A DNA stretch of 64,000 nt from the NCBI GenBank assembly GCA_025786725.1, contig JAHLTZ010000061.1:11090-75089 (forward strand). Reading direction: 5' to 3'. The translations under genes were made by a program, and so were the position numbers. Under the pieces are notes generated by a model. It did not search any database. It had not been told where the DNA came from and worked only from the letters and a program-made list of their open reading frames with translations. This DNA comes from Syncephalis fuscata S228. Taxonomy: Eukaryota > Fungi > Zoopagomycota. Positions 40,901 to 54,371 of this stretch are shown piece by piece (position 1 is the stretch's first letter; each line of letters opens with the position of its first letter).

Positions 40901-41350
40901 TTGATTTTACTATTAGATAATACGGGGTAAGTTGGTGTATTTGTTAATATATATATCTATATATTCATTGATGTAACAATACTTTATAGTTTAAGTCAGG
41001 CTTATCGAGCATGGCAAACGGCAGTAAATAATAAGACGTTAATAACTAAAGCGGAAATGCTGCCTGGATTCCCGAATGAAGCAACACACGAACAATTATT
41101 CTTTCTTAATTTTGGTCGATCGTTTTGCAATGTTATTCGACCGGAACATGCGCTAGAACGTGTAAGTAATACCAGAATAGGACGATAGTAGTATAAACTA
41201 ATATTTGTTGACTAGATTCACACTGATACACATCCACCTATGAAGCATCGGGTCAATGGAGCACTTAAAAACAATCAGCAGTTTGCCGATGCCTACCAAT
41301 GTGCAAGTGGATCACCAATGAATCCTGTCAAAAAGTGCCAGTTATGGTAA
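38000..41350 (+). CDS. Neprilysin/endothelin-converting-enzyme family (M13) type II membrane metallopeptidase; apparent frameshifts ~38330, ~40232
   Basis: TM anchor LLLAVAAILLVAFIIVIAILL, CQTKAC, VDPCTDFYAYACDGW, VNMYY, HELSHAFD, LAEIMADNTG, DTHPP..RVNG, CASGSPMNPVKKCQLW*. Confidence 0.93.
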
Positions 41351-41986
41351 TCGGTATTGTTTAATAAATATAGTATTAGCACTTATTATGTAATTATTAA
41401 TATATATATATATGTATGTATGTATGTATATATTAATTGACACAACTAGTAGCTATCAAATTTTAACTAGAATTAATAATTTAAAATGTATATTCAATTG
41501 AACTCGTAGTAATATAATATGCTTTACTAATAACTGATTAAATATACAGCTTGTTTTTTAACTTTTTATTTTTGTTATTTATTCATTACCCCACTCTATT
41601 GTTACCATATTTAGTAATACAAATTATTGATTTTTCTCACGATTCTATACATTGAATGAGACTATATGACATGACAATAAATAAATAGTAATCATATTTA
41701 AACAGCTTCTATATTTTTTACTTATTTAATATAACTTTATTATTGCTAAACAGATAAAAGAAAGTAATAATTTGACACAAACATCCACTATACTATAGTC
41801 ATAGATAGTCGATTATAAAAAGAGGGATAATAGTTTAACAAATCACTAGCCATGTTATTTGATATCCATTGCCTTATGAATTGTCAACTTAATCAACCAC
41901 TATCTATGACTTATAATGAATTAATACTTATTAAACATATTATATAGATGTTTAATGTTTAATCAACGCATAGAATAGCGTGTTCA

Positions 41987-43559
41987 TTAATCCAACGGCT
42001 CTTGAGATAGATGCGATCCATACGGTGAACCTGTAGCCGCGGGTTCATCAGTTGTTGCTGTTGCTGTTGCTGTTGATGCCATATCCGCTCGACATACTGG
42101 ACAAGTGGAGGACTGTTTAAGCCAAGGTCGAATACAATCATCATGGTACTGATGTCGACATGGTAATTGACGGGCCTCATCACCACAGGCAAACTCATCT
42201 TTACATACTGCACAGTCAGGCATGCCATCTGTATAATTAGACACATCCTTGATAATATTAACAGGCAATTGGTCGATCACTTCATCAGTGACACCAGTTT
42301 GAGCATGAGGATTACTAGATAGTGTCATTTAGTATTAATTAGTACTTTTAATGTTACAACACCTACGTTCCCATTTGATTCATAATATTTGTAACAATAT
42401 CATCCATAGCTGCTGATGTTCTAGCATGCCCTTGACTTATATCTGCGTTACGCATCATTGACCTAGTCATTGATATTAATACATTGTATTCGATACTGCT
42501 TCAGCTCTATTAAATAACTTACTCCATTAGTGCACTCATATCGCCAAACATTTCAGTAAATGATTGAGTACTTCTTTGTCCTTCATTCTGGCCAGTTCCC
42601 GATGTAGTTGTGTTGCCGCTGGCAGTAAATGTCGGTCCCATAGGCGTGAATTGCCAAGTGGGCCCACTGGATCCATTATTTGAACTGCTATATGCAAATG
42701 CACCAGTATAGATCCCATTCCAGGGAGTCCGACTATTATCAGTGGATGGTTCTTCTGGTGCACTATTTACAGGCTCTGTAGTTCCTGTATCCGATCTCAT
42801 ATTTGATAGATGGGACACGAATGAACTGCCCATATTCCACATTCTACCTAGAAATGAAGTATTTGCGGTATTTGCGGTATTGGTGTTATTCGTATCATTT
42901 TGAGCATTTTCAGTCTCTGATTGTCTAATGCGTCCTCCTACAAACCGATCAACCTCAGCCATTGTTTCTTCAAAGCTGGTGCTCGCATTTACTCGATTTA
43001 ATAGATTATTTAATTCGGGTGTGTCGAATTGAGAAAAGTCCGTTGAGTGCGTCTATAGCTATTATTCCCATCGGCACCTGTAGTTGATCTTGATTGGCCT
43101 ATATAACGTCAATTAGACTGTTATTATTGAAATGCTCATTTAATGTCTTACCAGTATTGCCATAGTAATTGAAATTGAGATCATAGCCTTGATTAAGAAG
43201 TGTTTGTTCGGCATCACGTAGTATATCAGCCATATTTAAGCTTCTTGGCACCGTTGAAGTTGTTGAAGCTCTTGGTGCTGCTGGAATTGTTGGCGCCGGT
43301 GGAGCAGTGGCATAAAATCTTGAGGCATATTGTCTGCTTCAATCTATAAATAGCATAGTTAATAAAGTAGCTGTTAGACTGTTACAAATAAAGTGTCATA
43401 CATGCTTACCTGTTCTACAAACTCGTTATGACACACTGGACAAGTGGGTCCAGGAACGAACAGTGGTTGTATTTCAGTACTACATACATGACAGTAGTAA
43501 GTATTACCGTCAGCTGCCGCAGTTGTTGTTGTTGTTGTTGGCCGTTCAGTGCTATCCAT
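41987..43559 (-). CDS. RNF126/RNF115-like E3 ubiquitin ligase (N-terminal Zn finger, C-terminal RING-H2)
   Basis: YYCHVC..TCPVCHNEFVEQ; CAVCKDEF..QLPCRHQYHDDCIRPWLKQSSTCPVCR. Confidence 0.92.
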
Positions 43560-44029
43560 AGTGGTGGTGTCTAGCAAGTCTGCCCAGTAATCGCTCTGTT
43601 TAACAGGTTTGAAGTAGATGTGTACGATACAACAAACAAACTATCTAGTTACAACGAACGTCGTGAAACTAGGCTGACAACAACTACGCCGATAGAAGGT
43701 TAAAAAATACAAAATTGAGCAATACACTAGCTGGAGCTGTTGTGACAATAACAAAAGTGCAAGCAAGTTAAAATAGAAGTGACGATAGTACGAAGAACAG
43801 TAAGTGGGTGAGACACAAAGAGATAGAGAGATAGAAACAGAAATAGAGAAATAAGGAGAAGGATAAGCCATCAATATAGAGTGAATACCAAATATCCAAT
43901 TTAGACAATTATTTATTTGACTAATACGTACACAACGTGTACCACTGTCACCTATTCTTTTCTATTATTCGCCTATTTCGTTCAACACAATATACAGTCT
44001 ATTGTACTAGTTAAATACATTAAATTGCT

Positions 44030-45384
44030 ATGGAAGCAATTACACTGCATGCTTGTCAGTCCGATGACCCGTTAAATGAATTGTCATTTGCTAAAGGCGA
44101 CTTATTAATTGCAGGTAAGCAGTGGGCCTATATTATAATAGTATAGAGTACTAATGTAATAAACGGCGTTAGTAAAGCCTTCTCCTACAGACGATGGCTG
44201 GTATGAAGCAACACTTGGTCGTACTGGAGAACGTGGTCTTGTCCCTTGCAATTATGTAAAAATAATTACTGAAAAGAAAGTAAGTAGCGTTGTCAAGTAT
44301 GACTATCAGTGTTTATTGATATGTAAAACATGAATTATTATAGGCACCACCAAAACCACCTGTTCGTAAAAAGAAGCCTGTAATTCAGCCATCAGATAAC
44401 AATGATACGAATACAGCGATCCCTTCTACTACTACTATCAATTCTACTACTCATACTGCAGAATCAGGTATAGATACTGATTCATTGCCTCATACGGCAT
44501 TTGGTGTAGTATTGCGACCTACAAGACCACCACCGCCATCAACAACAACCAATGATACAGCTGTAGTAGAATTACCTACTAAAAGTAAACGACCGGCACC
44601 ACCACCACCAAGAAAGTCTTCATTGGCTCATCAACCATCTAATGGTGTATTATCTGAATTAGTATCGTCATCTACACTGTCACATCAAACATCGAATAAT
44701 TCATTTGATAGTTCAATTACAATGGTTGATTCATCACCAATGCCTAGTTTACCACCACGCCCATTAGCACGACCACAGAATAGTGAACCATCATTAGATT
44801 CAAGTAGTGCACAATCCATACGTCGTGCATCATCGGCCTCTTTCCCCCCACCACGTCCACCTAAGCCCAGTGCAACATTGAAACAACAGCAACAACGTAC
44901 TTACTAACTGTATAGTATTTAATCATTTAACTAACAGTTTATTTAATTTATTTATTTAGATATAGATTTACCTAGAATTAATGGTATTGCTAACGAGACG
45001 CTAAAACGATATGTTACAGCATTTGATGCATGGGATAGAGATAAAGATGGTTATCTGGATGGTAATTAATAACTGGTGGTTTAACATTAAATGTAGTAAT
45101 TAATTATATGATTTAGGCTATGAAGTACGGGCATTTTGGCGTCAAAGTCGATTAAATCGTACAGAATTACGAAAAATATGGTAAATGTTAATTAGAATGA
45201 CTTTTTGTTACTAATTTGTTATTAATCTATCTTCGTTATTAATCTATTTAGGACATTGGCTGATAGAGATACTGATGGACGATTAAATCATCGAGAATTT
45301 TGTATTGGTACTTGGTTAATTGATGAACGGTTACGTGGTCAAAAGATACCAAATACACTGCCTGTTACTATGATATTTGAATAA
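44030..45384 (+). CDS. SH3 + proline-rich + C-terminal EH-domain adaptor
   Basis: SH3: ELSFAKGD..DDGWYEATL..RGLVPCNYV; PxxP motifs; EH: FDAWDRDKDGYLDGYEVRAFWRQSRL..LRKIWTLADRDTDGRLNHREFCIGTWLID. Confidence 0.88.
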
Positions 45385-45490
45385 AAAAGAGTCTTTATCA
45401 TCTTGATGGTCCAAACCAACGAAGGAACAATGAGAGAAAGAGTGGAACAAGCGAGAACAGTAGTTAGAAAACGACATGTCGACGGAAGAA

Positions 45491-47194
45491 TTAGAAGCCA
45501 AGTTCATCGGCAAATGGCAAATCGTGTGGATTGCCGGCAGCGACCAATGAAGGACGTGTGGCAAGAAGACGACGAGCAAGCTATTTTAATAATAAATATT
45601 ATATAATAGATGTAATATAGTTAGTATATGTATGATGATTTATCTACAAATTACTTACGCCTACAATTTCCGTTGATTGGACTGAAGCAATGGTAGAGAC
45701 GGCATCGGCCACTGAGGTGGATCGACCAGTGGTAGTTACCTAAATAGAGTATATGCATTAATATATGCATTATATAGTATCGTTATTGCTAGGTTACTTA
45801 CTTCTTGGCCTAGCTTGGTCAAACGAGCATCCATAGAGTCTACAGTATCGGCTGTTTCAAAACGAGCAGTAGCAAGTGCACGAGCGATTGCCTCAGCCTC
45901 AACTTGGCCATCAGCCACCTTACGCAATTCGGCTACAACTTCATGAACCGCAGAGCGGATGTTGTCTGCTGGTGCATAGGTAACGAGTCCAAATAGAGCA
46001 GCATCTGAATACTCTAGATTCAAGCCACGTACTTCACCGCCGTGTTGATGAGCTACACGAGCCAATGGGCTTTGGCCATTCGCCCACTTGAGACGCTTCT
46101 CGCCACCTAATAGATGGCGAAGTGCACGCGCTGTTACCCGGTCGGTAATCGACTCAACTGGGAAGGCTAGTGCGCATACAGCGTTGCCTGAAGCAATGGC
46201 GGCCGCACTATCCAAGTGCAAGTCACCACCGTGGTATTTAGAGGCTATAGAGGTAGGCTGTGGTGCAAGATTAAATCCGGCAAATATACTTTCCAAAGCC
46301 TCAACAAGAGCTGCATGCTCAACACCGTGACCAACAACCGTCAAGCCAGACAGATTGGCAAGTTGGAAATGACGTATAGCATCGGCAGAGACCGAAGCAC
46401 TGGTGGGTGCATATAGCGAGTTGCCCAATCCTGTGCGATAGGCAACACGGTGTAGTGCATCCAATACAACAATAGTAGGATTGGCCAAAGCAGCGTTTGT
46501 TTCGGCCTGTACTTGTGAGCGTACCTCAGCCAGTTCATAGTGGGCGAATTTAGGCTTAGTCACCGCATCTGAAAGTACTTCAGCAAAATAGGCCCTATTA
46601 AGGCGTCTAATTAACTGTATCAACGAATAAAATAGTACTTACCAATCGCCACGAAGGAAACGAGCACGATATGAAATAGATTCGCGAGATGCATCTGAGT
46701 AGAGAATGGCACCTTGAAGTTCCGCTTCACGTGCAATACGGAAGGCTGTACGCTTATCGCTTGTCTAAATAGCAAACAAATAATTAGATCACAAGATCAA
46801 GGGGCAGATTCAGCGAGTATATTAACCACAAGTAGCAACATAGCCAGTATACTAACTAACGACGTTTAAATCGCTGCATCGCGTCTATGACACGTACCTT
46901 AAAAGCGTAGTTTTTTAGATAATGAGCTAGACCGATGGTTTCGGAGCTTTCATGGCGAGCACCAGCGTTTAGCACAAGAGATAGACCGGCGGCGGGAGAG
47001 GCCAGATCGTCGTAAGTAGCCACTCTAATTCCTTGGGCTGTCTTTGATATTTGGGCTTGAGCTGTGCCTACCGCACTGGCAGTATGAGGCGCGGCATCAC
47101 GCTGTGCGGCCGCGGTAGCAGCACTGGCCGACGCGTAAGTACGGGCCGATCGTGTAACTGCGGCAAAAGCAGACAAACGACGAGTGGCCAACAT
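45491..47194 (-). CDS. QCR2: Cytochrome bc1 core subunit 2 (M16 family)
   Basis: Mitochondrial presequence MLATRRLSAFAAVTRSARTYAS, NAGARHE..GLAHYLKNYAFK, FRIAREAELQG, LGNSLYA, YSDAALFG, ..DLPFADELGF*. Confidence 0.92.
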
Positions 47195-47731
47195 GACGAC
47201 GATTGATAGTCAGAAATAGCTGACAACAACACAACAGCAAAAAAGTAAATGAGTAAAGTAGAAAGAAAAGGATTTCCTCATCTTAACTGTTGTTCACTCG
47301 TTTCGTGTCCATCGTATAGTGCGTGTATCTCTCTGTGTGTGTATAGATATAATTGTATTGTGTGTGTGTTCATAACTAATCGGGTAGAAGCGGAAGGCAT
47401 CAATAAGAAACTGTAATATTATTATTACTTTTTGACGTCATGAATTAATTTATAGTAAACATTTAAAATGCTTATAAAAATACTTGTCGTTTATTACTAT
47501 ATGTTAGTAAATATCTATGTTATATATGTTATATATATATATTAGTAATAGAATAAAAAGTATGCCATCTTTTCTATTATTAAATTAAGTTTTGGGTAAC
47601 TATGGCAGATAACAAATGTTTATTATTACATTTGACATTGTAATTCATCTAACTTACTTTTTCTTATTGAATTATTACACTTTTTGTCTATTATTATAGC
47701 TAGCAAACAAAAGACAGATAGTATTACAGCA

Positions 47732-48771
47732 ATGACAACAACAGTTTCAGTTAAAGACACATTTGAAGTCATACGTGCCACGCTGGATACTCATGTTAGT
47801 AAGAAAAAGCGAATAGCTTGTCTTCTTTGCTGAATGTATGTCTAACGTGTTAATAGCATGATAGACGCGAGAGATTGGTCAAATGTTCACGGTAGAGCTT
47901 TGTATATTTGTATTTAACCTATTAACTATGGCAGTTAGAGATATTACCGTAGCTAGTAAACGACTTATCTTTGCCCTACATCGGTAAGTAATATAATTAT
48001 AATTATTGTGATTATTATTATAATAAAACACTATTAGTATGTTGGCAGAACAGTCGGCCGAATCGATTACTACAAAGACACAGTCATCGTGCGATGATAT
48101 TATGAAGCTATTTAAGAAGATATCGGATGAATTAGCGCATAGTAACTTTCATTGGTAGGTAAAATATGATAAATAATAAACGCGTTAATAAATGGCTATT
48201 TAGTTATGAGCGCAGTATTACACCTGCTTTGGAAGAATTTATTGAAGGAATGGCCTGTCGTGTTTATTTGACTGAAAACCGATTAGTGACACTCGATGAG
48301 TTACGTGAACTGTTTGAGAAAGCTGAATGTCAGGTAAATAAGTTTATTTTGTTAAATAAAGCTATTTACATTTAAATAGCATATATTATTGACGGAAATG
48401 ACGTATCTCTTGGGACTGGCCGACTTTACCGGTGAATTAATGCGAATGGCCATTAATGCTATAGCTGCGGGAGAGCGTACTATTGCACTAAAAGCGTGTA
48501 ACTTTCTTCGGCCTATTGTACTTGGTAAGACGGTGGTATTATGGATAGTAGACTATACTGACGGACAAGAAGGTTTCGATGCGTTAATGCTCGATAGACA
48601 TAGCGTGCATTCATTGAAGCAAAAGATGGAAACAATGCATACAAGTATGGATAAAGTAGAACGAGGTAGGCAGTTATTTTGTAGTAGGAATAATACTTAT
48701 TATATGTAATAGCTTGCTGTTCACTATCTATTCGAGAATTAGAGGTGATAAAACAGCATAATATGGAATAA
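47732..48771 (+). CDS. TSNAX: Translin-associated factor X (C3PO nuclease subunit)
   Basis: [61 protein letters not shown], MDKVE. Confidence 0.9.
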
Positions 48772-48971
48772 TTAGATCTATATTATCTGAATAATAATAG
48801 CAATAAAAGACATGGTAGTTAATAAACATGACAGAGTGAATCAATCTATTAACAAAGTAAATGTGTCTATTAACCAAACCGATTATTTATTAATAAAATG
48901 AATACAATTATTAGTAAAATAAAATAATTTATTAATAGCGCGCGTATTAATGTAATATACTCTTTTAGGAA

Positions 48972-48988
48972 ACGCGTCGCTAACGCGT
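48972..48988. promoter_or_regulatory. Tandem MCB (ACGCGT) elements upstream of CDC45
   Basis: ACGCGT at 48972-48977 and 48983-48988, plus CGCG at ~48939, in otherwise AT-rich DNA ~350 bp upstream of the CDC45 ATG. Confidence 0.65.
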
Positions 48989-49341
48989 CGTGCCCTTTTC
49001 TTCTTCAAGTTGTGTACCAACTCGTTTCTTTGTACTTTCAATACCATCACACACTGTTCTAGCAAGTGAATCTAATAGCCTGGCCTTTAATCGTTGTAAG
49101 AAACGGCGGGATTACACTGCCTTTATCTGAATCTGGCAAAGATCGTGTTCAATAAACGAATCCAGACCAATAGTAGGTACCGACTTGATCGCAAACTATT
49201 GAGCTACACTGTCGAATACAACAGTTTCGGTCTCTTTATTTAAAAAGAGCAATAGATATAAAGCAACCATAGTAACTGTAGTAATAGTAGCTGCCGCAGT
49301 AGCCATTCTACTTTTGGTCGGGTTTGCCATTCCTCGCTATC

Positions 49342-50065
49342 ATGGTCTATTACAATGCAACACAGCTCGCACTAGCGTATGATAGCATTAAACGACAAGC
49401 ACTCAATGGCCATTGCACCGTGGCTATATTTGTAGCATCTGATGCTGATGCACTGTGTGCTTGTCGAATCCTCGTGGCAAGTATTAAATACACTATAATG
49501 AATTATACAGATCATCTAATGTGTAGTGACTTTAGAATTTATTGACCAGTGATTTTATTTCCCATAAAGTGGTGCCAGTGGCCGGCTACACAGATTTGGA
49601 AGAGGCAGGGCGTGAATTAATTCAAGAACATGAAGAAGTAAGTGTATTAACTAATTAAATTAAACTATTTTGTTACTAATCATATCAAATAATAATAATA
49701 GCTAAAAAGTATTATTATGCTTAATTGTGGTGCTTTAGTAGACTTGACAGAAATGTTTCCACTACGTGAAACGCACACCATTTATGTATGCGATACACAT
49801 CGACCTATTCATTTGCGTAATTTATTTGGCAGTGCCCAAGTAGTTGTACTTGATGATGGAGAGGCGGAAGCGTCGTTACAACTGGAAAGAGAAGCGTACG
49901 AAGAGATTGGCGTAAGTTGCTGTATGTCATTAATGATAAATTGGTTTAACAAGTATGGATGGCCATAGTTTGGATTGTCTAATAGCGAAGACGACGATGA
50001 TGGCGATAGTGACGATGACAGAGACTCTATGACAAATGGACAGTTGAATAATGAACGTATAATAC

Positions 50066-50099
<34 letters not shown>

Positions 50100-52243
50100 G
50101 AATGAAGATGATGACGTTGATATCGATGAGTCCGATTCAGCTTTACATAGTGATACGATTGAAAATACGCATGAACAAGATAGTAATGATTTAAATGACG
50201 ATACACCGCATGACAATGGATCAATCTATGATAAAGATCAAAATGAAACAAGCAGTATTAATGGTACACTGGTTACAAATATTGGTAATGGGAGAAAACG
50301 ATCGAGCCAGGATAATTTATTTGATATGAACGTTGATGACCGACCATCACAGCGTCAGCGTGTTCATTCGGACGATGAAACAGAGAAAAAGGTAAGTTGG
50401 ATTATATAACATGAACTAGGTGGATGGATGGATATAGATATTAATTATTTATAGGTATTACAACCAAGTCGACGTTCTAAACGTAAGCAATACCGTGCAT
50501 TGATGGTGGACTATTATAGTCGTGGATCATATCATGGCAGTGCTTGTGCATCTCAAATGTACGATTTGGCCAATCAATTATCGCGAGCCACAAGAGAGTC
50601 ATTATGGTAAGAAGCGCGTGATGAGTAAATGATTATGTAGGATACTAAACGCATTGAATGTAAATTAGGTTGGCCATTATTGGTGCCACTAGTCTATTTG
50701 TGCACGATCAGTGTGAACCATTGAGGTTTGAGACAGCCATGACGGTAATGCGTGACGAGGTAGCTCATTTTCAAGCAAAGGAACAAGAAGACGAGACGCC
50801 ACTGAAAAGGCCTATGAATGAGACGGCTGAAGAGGCCAAAAAGCGATTTGAGCAAATTACAGCAGAGCGACGTGCTGTGGCTGCTGACCGAGATCAAATT
50901 CAATACATCAAAGAATATCCTTTAAAAGCTACAATGACATCAATCAACGCCTTAACTAATAGCTTACATTTAGACTTATGCTGTATCGCCATTGGTCCTT
51001 TTACGATGCGCTATATCACTCACGGTACGTGGCTACCAGTCTTGGCATTTGGAGTGAACGTGGACGTACAAAACTATTGAATTTGCTGGCTAAAATTGGG
51101 TAAGTTTGTAGGTTGACGATAAATGTTCGTCTTTTCTAATGATGTGCACTGTTTGTTGTTGAAATAGTCTTTCTAAACGGCAAGCTAATGAACTGCACTC
51201 GGAATTGGATCCAACATTACGGCGTAAAATGCGCCATCATCTTAAAGAGGTAGCAGCGTTATATCGACTGGAAAAGCTACAATTTCCATCGTTTGTACGA
51301 GTAGTAGGCTACAGTGGATGTATATCAGCCTCTGATGCAGTCTACAGTCTAACGGCTTTATTGAAATCTGACCGAGCCACCGTAAGTCGATTGATCGACG
51401 CTGACGAATCAAATCGAATGATCAGTGGACGGGATTTAAGTGTACTTTTCTCAGCAAACCATAAAAAGCCCGGTAATTTTATGGTTCATCAGCGTGGCAA
51501 TGAAAATAATAGTGAAGCTATGGATGATGAGGCTAAAACAGATAAAACGTGGCTACAAAACTTTTGGGTAGCCTATGATGCACTAGGCCGGTAAGTAACT
51601 AGTTATTATGTGTAGTAGAACGCTTAAATAAGTCATATCAACAGAGCAGAGCTTCTTAATACGGGGATCAATCTGGCCAAGGCGATGCGTCGAGCCATTG
51701 TCCGTCAAGCGGTGACAATTATTGAAAAGCGTGCCATAAGAACGCTGAATAACTTTCGATTTACCGTATTGCGCGATGGCCCCGATTTGCCTATATTTGC
51801 CCATTCATTGACGGCTAGTCAATTGGCTTTATTTTTACTTGACGCCATGCGGGTAAGTTGTTGCATCAGCGCTTATAGAGCCTTATTTAATATACGACTA
51901 GGCGACAAGTAAAAAACGATTACCATTTGTTCTTGCTACTTTCTGTGAGTTGCAAGATGTATTCCTAGTCGTGGGACTGGCCGACAACGCACAGGCCGAC
52001 CACAGTCCTATTAAACAAAAGTAAACTGACGTAATCCAGTATAATATGTTGCTAATCATCTTGATTTTGTTTTATTCATTTACTAATAGTCCATTTGGAA
52101 TTGCTTTCCATCGATGTGCCGATGAGATTCGGGCACAAGTACGTCATGATGGTTTTGACACTTCCGTATTAGAGATCAGTAAAGACGATTTGGAGGAATT
52201 TCTCGAACGTTTGCATTTGTTTTTGCCTATGGTTCCAACATAG
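49342..52243 (+). CDS. CDC45: Replication initiation factor Cdc45
   Basis: FVASDADALCACRIL, VVPVAGY, MLNCGA, CDTHRP, acidic loop, LWLAIIG, EFRLMLYRHWSFYDA (after AT-AC intron removal), SASDAVY, NFWVAYDAL, PFGIAF..HDGFDTS. Confidence 0.96.
50915..50967 (+). other. U12-type AT-AC intron (53 nt) in CDC45
   Basis: ATATCCTTT donor, CCTTAAC branch at 50950-50956, AC acceptor; removal gives YIKE-FRLMLYRHWS. Confidence 0.93.
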
Positions 52244-54371
52244 CAGTAAATCGTTTATTGTATCAAATCCTAATTAAAAATAAAAGTACTATGAGATACG
52301 GCGGTGCAATTGATTATAAACATATAGCATGGTTATCGCTTTAAACGATTAAACAGTTTGACGGTTGTGTGTATGTAATACATCAATTACATTAAATAAA
52401 GAATTTGTTAGTAGTTGCGATAATATATGAACACTTCAACGCTTACGCTAGCTTGTTTAAATAAATACAGCTGATTGACTTATAGCGTGCAATAGACAAA
52501 ACAGGGATGTGTAATGTGCCATTAGTTATTGTCGTGTATAAATCATAAGTTATTGAAAGCGTAAATGTAAGAATGGCAGAGCATTGCGTTGCTGCTATTA
52601 TTATTATTATTATTCAGAGCTTGATGAAATTAGTAGTGTAAATGTTGCATGTTATTGTATCCATCATCTGTTTTATTTGGCCATATTACTTTGTAATAAA
52701 GTTTGTCAGCCTATTCATATTTTTTATTGTTATAAAACTGTATTAACAAAACTTCAATTAATACTATGTATATTTAATAAAAATAAATTTACTGTAGTAA
52801 TGTTTGAAAACATAATACACATACTGCCGTTTAAACTACTAGATTTTAAATGCAATTACGTCGTTGCTTTTGCATGGTTAAAGTTATAGAATATGGCAGT
52901 GTACTAATAGTTGTATCTTGTGTTTAAAGCTATCTAGCAAATTACCTATTATATTTTGCAAATACAATTGCCAAACCATAATTCCATGGTTGCACTAATT
53001 AATATAATTAATTATACGGCATTCTCACGGTCCTACGGTGGGTAACCAGCGGAATAGGCATTAGATTAGATGTTTATCCTTATTTGCTAATCGCCACTAC
53101 TTTGAGCTGTGTTTGCTAATTGGGAATAGTAGCATGCTGTTATTGTTTCTTTGTTTCTCTGTAGCAAATGCGCTTAAAGCCATTCGTGCATCTGCTAACA
53201 TAGCAGCGTGTATGATTGTCAGGCAATAATAAGCAGTTATTGTTGGCCAATATCTTTGTAATGAGTGTGTTGCATCAAAGTGTGCTTATTTTGTGATATA
53301 GCCCGTATATTACTATACAGCGGCTGCAGGCAATTTAATCCCTTTAAAGCCCTTTATTATAAGTATTAGCCAATGGTATCAGACACGATCCTATCAGTCC
53401 ACCCGTAGGATTGCCAAAGTAATGGCATATGGGCTCAAACAGATCGTACATTTTTAAACGTTAATACTATCTTTCAAATAAATGGTTGTAGCAATAATGT
53501 AAGTTGAGCATATTTACCAATATGATCCGTACATTAAGATTAGTATACCTGAATTATTTACACTATCAATTAAACCTTACTAGCAGTTATAAAGTTAATA
53601 TTTATATTTATAAATAAAGATAAATGGCTATACAGTTGTATTAATGATCTAACGATTATCTTAGATGACAATGACCAGCATTACATGGCCGGAAAGTATT
53701 GTTTTCATAATGATCAAACCGTATTTTAATCATATGTTATATCCAATTGAATCAATTTATACTTTATAATATTTTAGCATTTCAAGTTATGCATCGTTAA
53801 ATTTGATTGAAAATTAACCGTACAGCAAGTAGTGCTTGTAGCATGATGTAATACAACGTTTTGTTAATGAAATATTAGTATTAATAATTGATCTCGGAAA
53901 CTTCACAGCCATTCTACTACATAAATTATGTAAAAAGCATTTATTACAGTTGGCAGTAACTAAATTATAATCATTAAATAGCCTTATCATATACGATTAG
54001 CTTTGAATCGGATGCGGCTGTCCACGGCACACCAGTCACTATTCATGCCAGTGTGCAAATGCCATAGCTAATCATTGAATGCAAGTAAACATAAGTATAG
54101 TTGTAATCGCCTAATTATAAATATTTAAAATGGAATACTATGTTTATTACTGTAAATCAGAATGACTGAGCAAGTTCAGTCGAGTTTAGACTTGCTAGTA
54201 ATATAATAGGACCATTGATTGAAAGTTGAACAAGCCGAAGCATTGACTAGAGCTTAGTATGTGGGCATACTAAATGTTAGTTGTTGATTAGGCTAAAAGT
54301 TTGCTATATATAAAGTGTATTGGACTGGGAACTTTGGTTGCGATATCAATACTAATGTTCAAAAGCGCAGT

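Noticed and set aside
50880-51080. Apparent frameshift or pseudogenisation of CDC45
   Set aside because: Fully explained by the AT-AC intron at 50915-50967.
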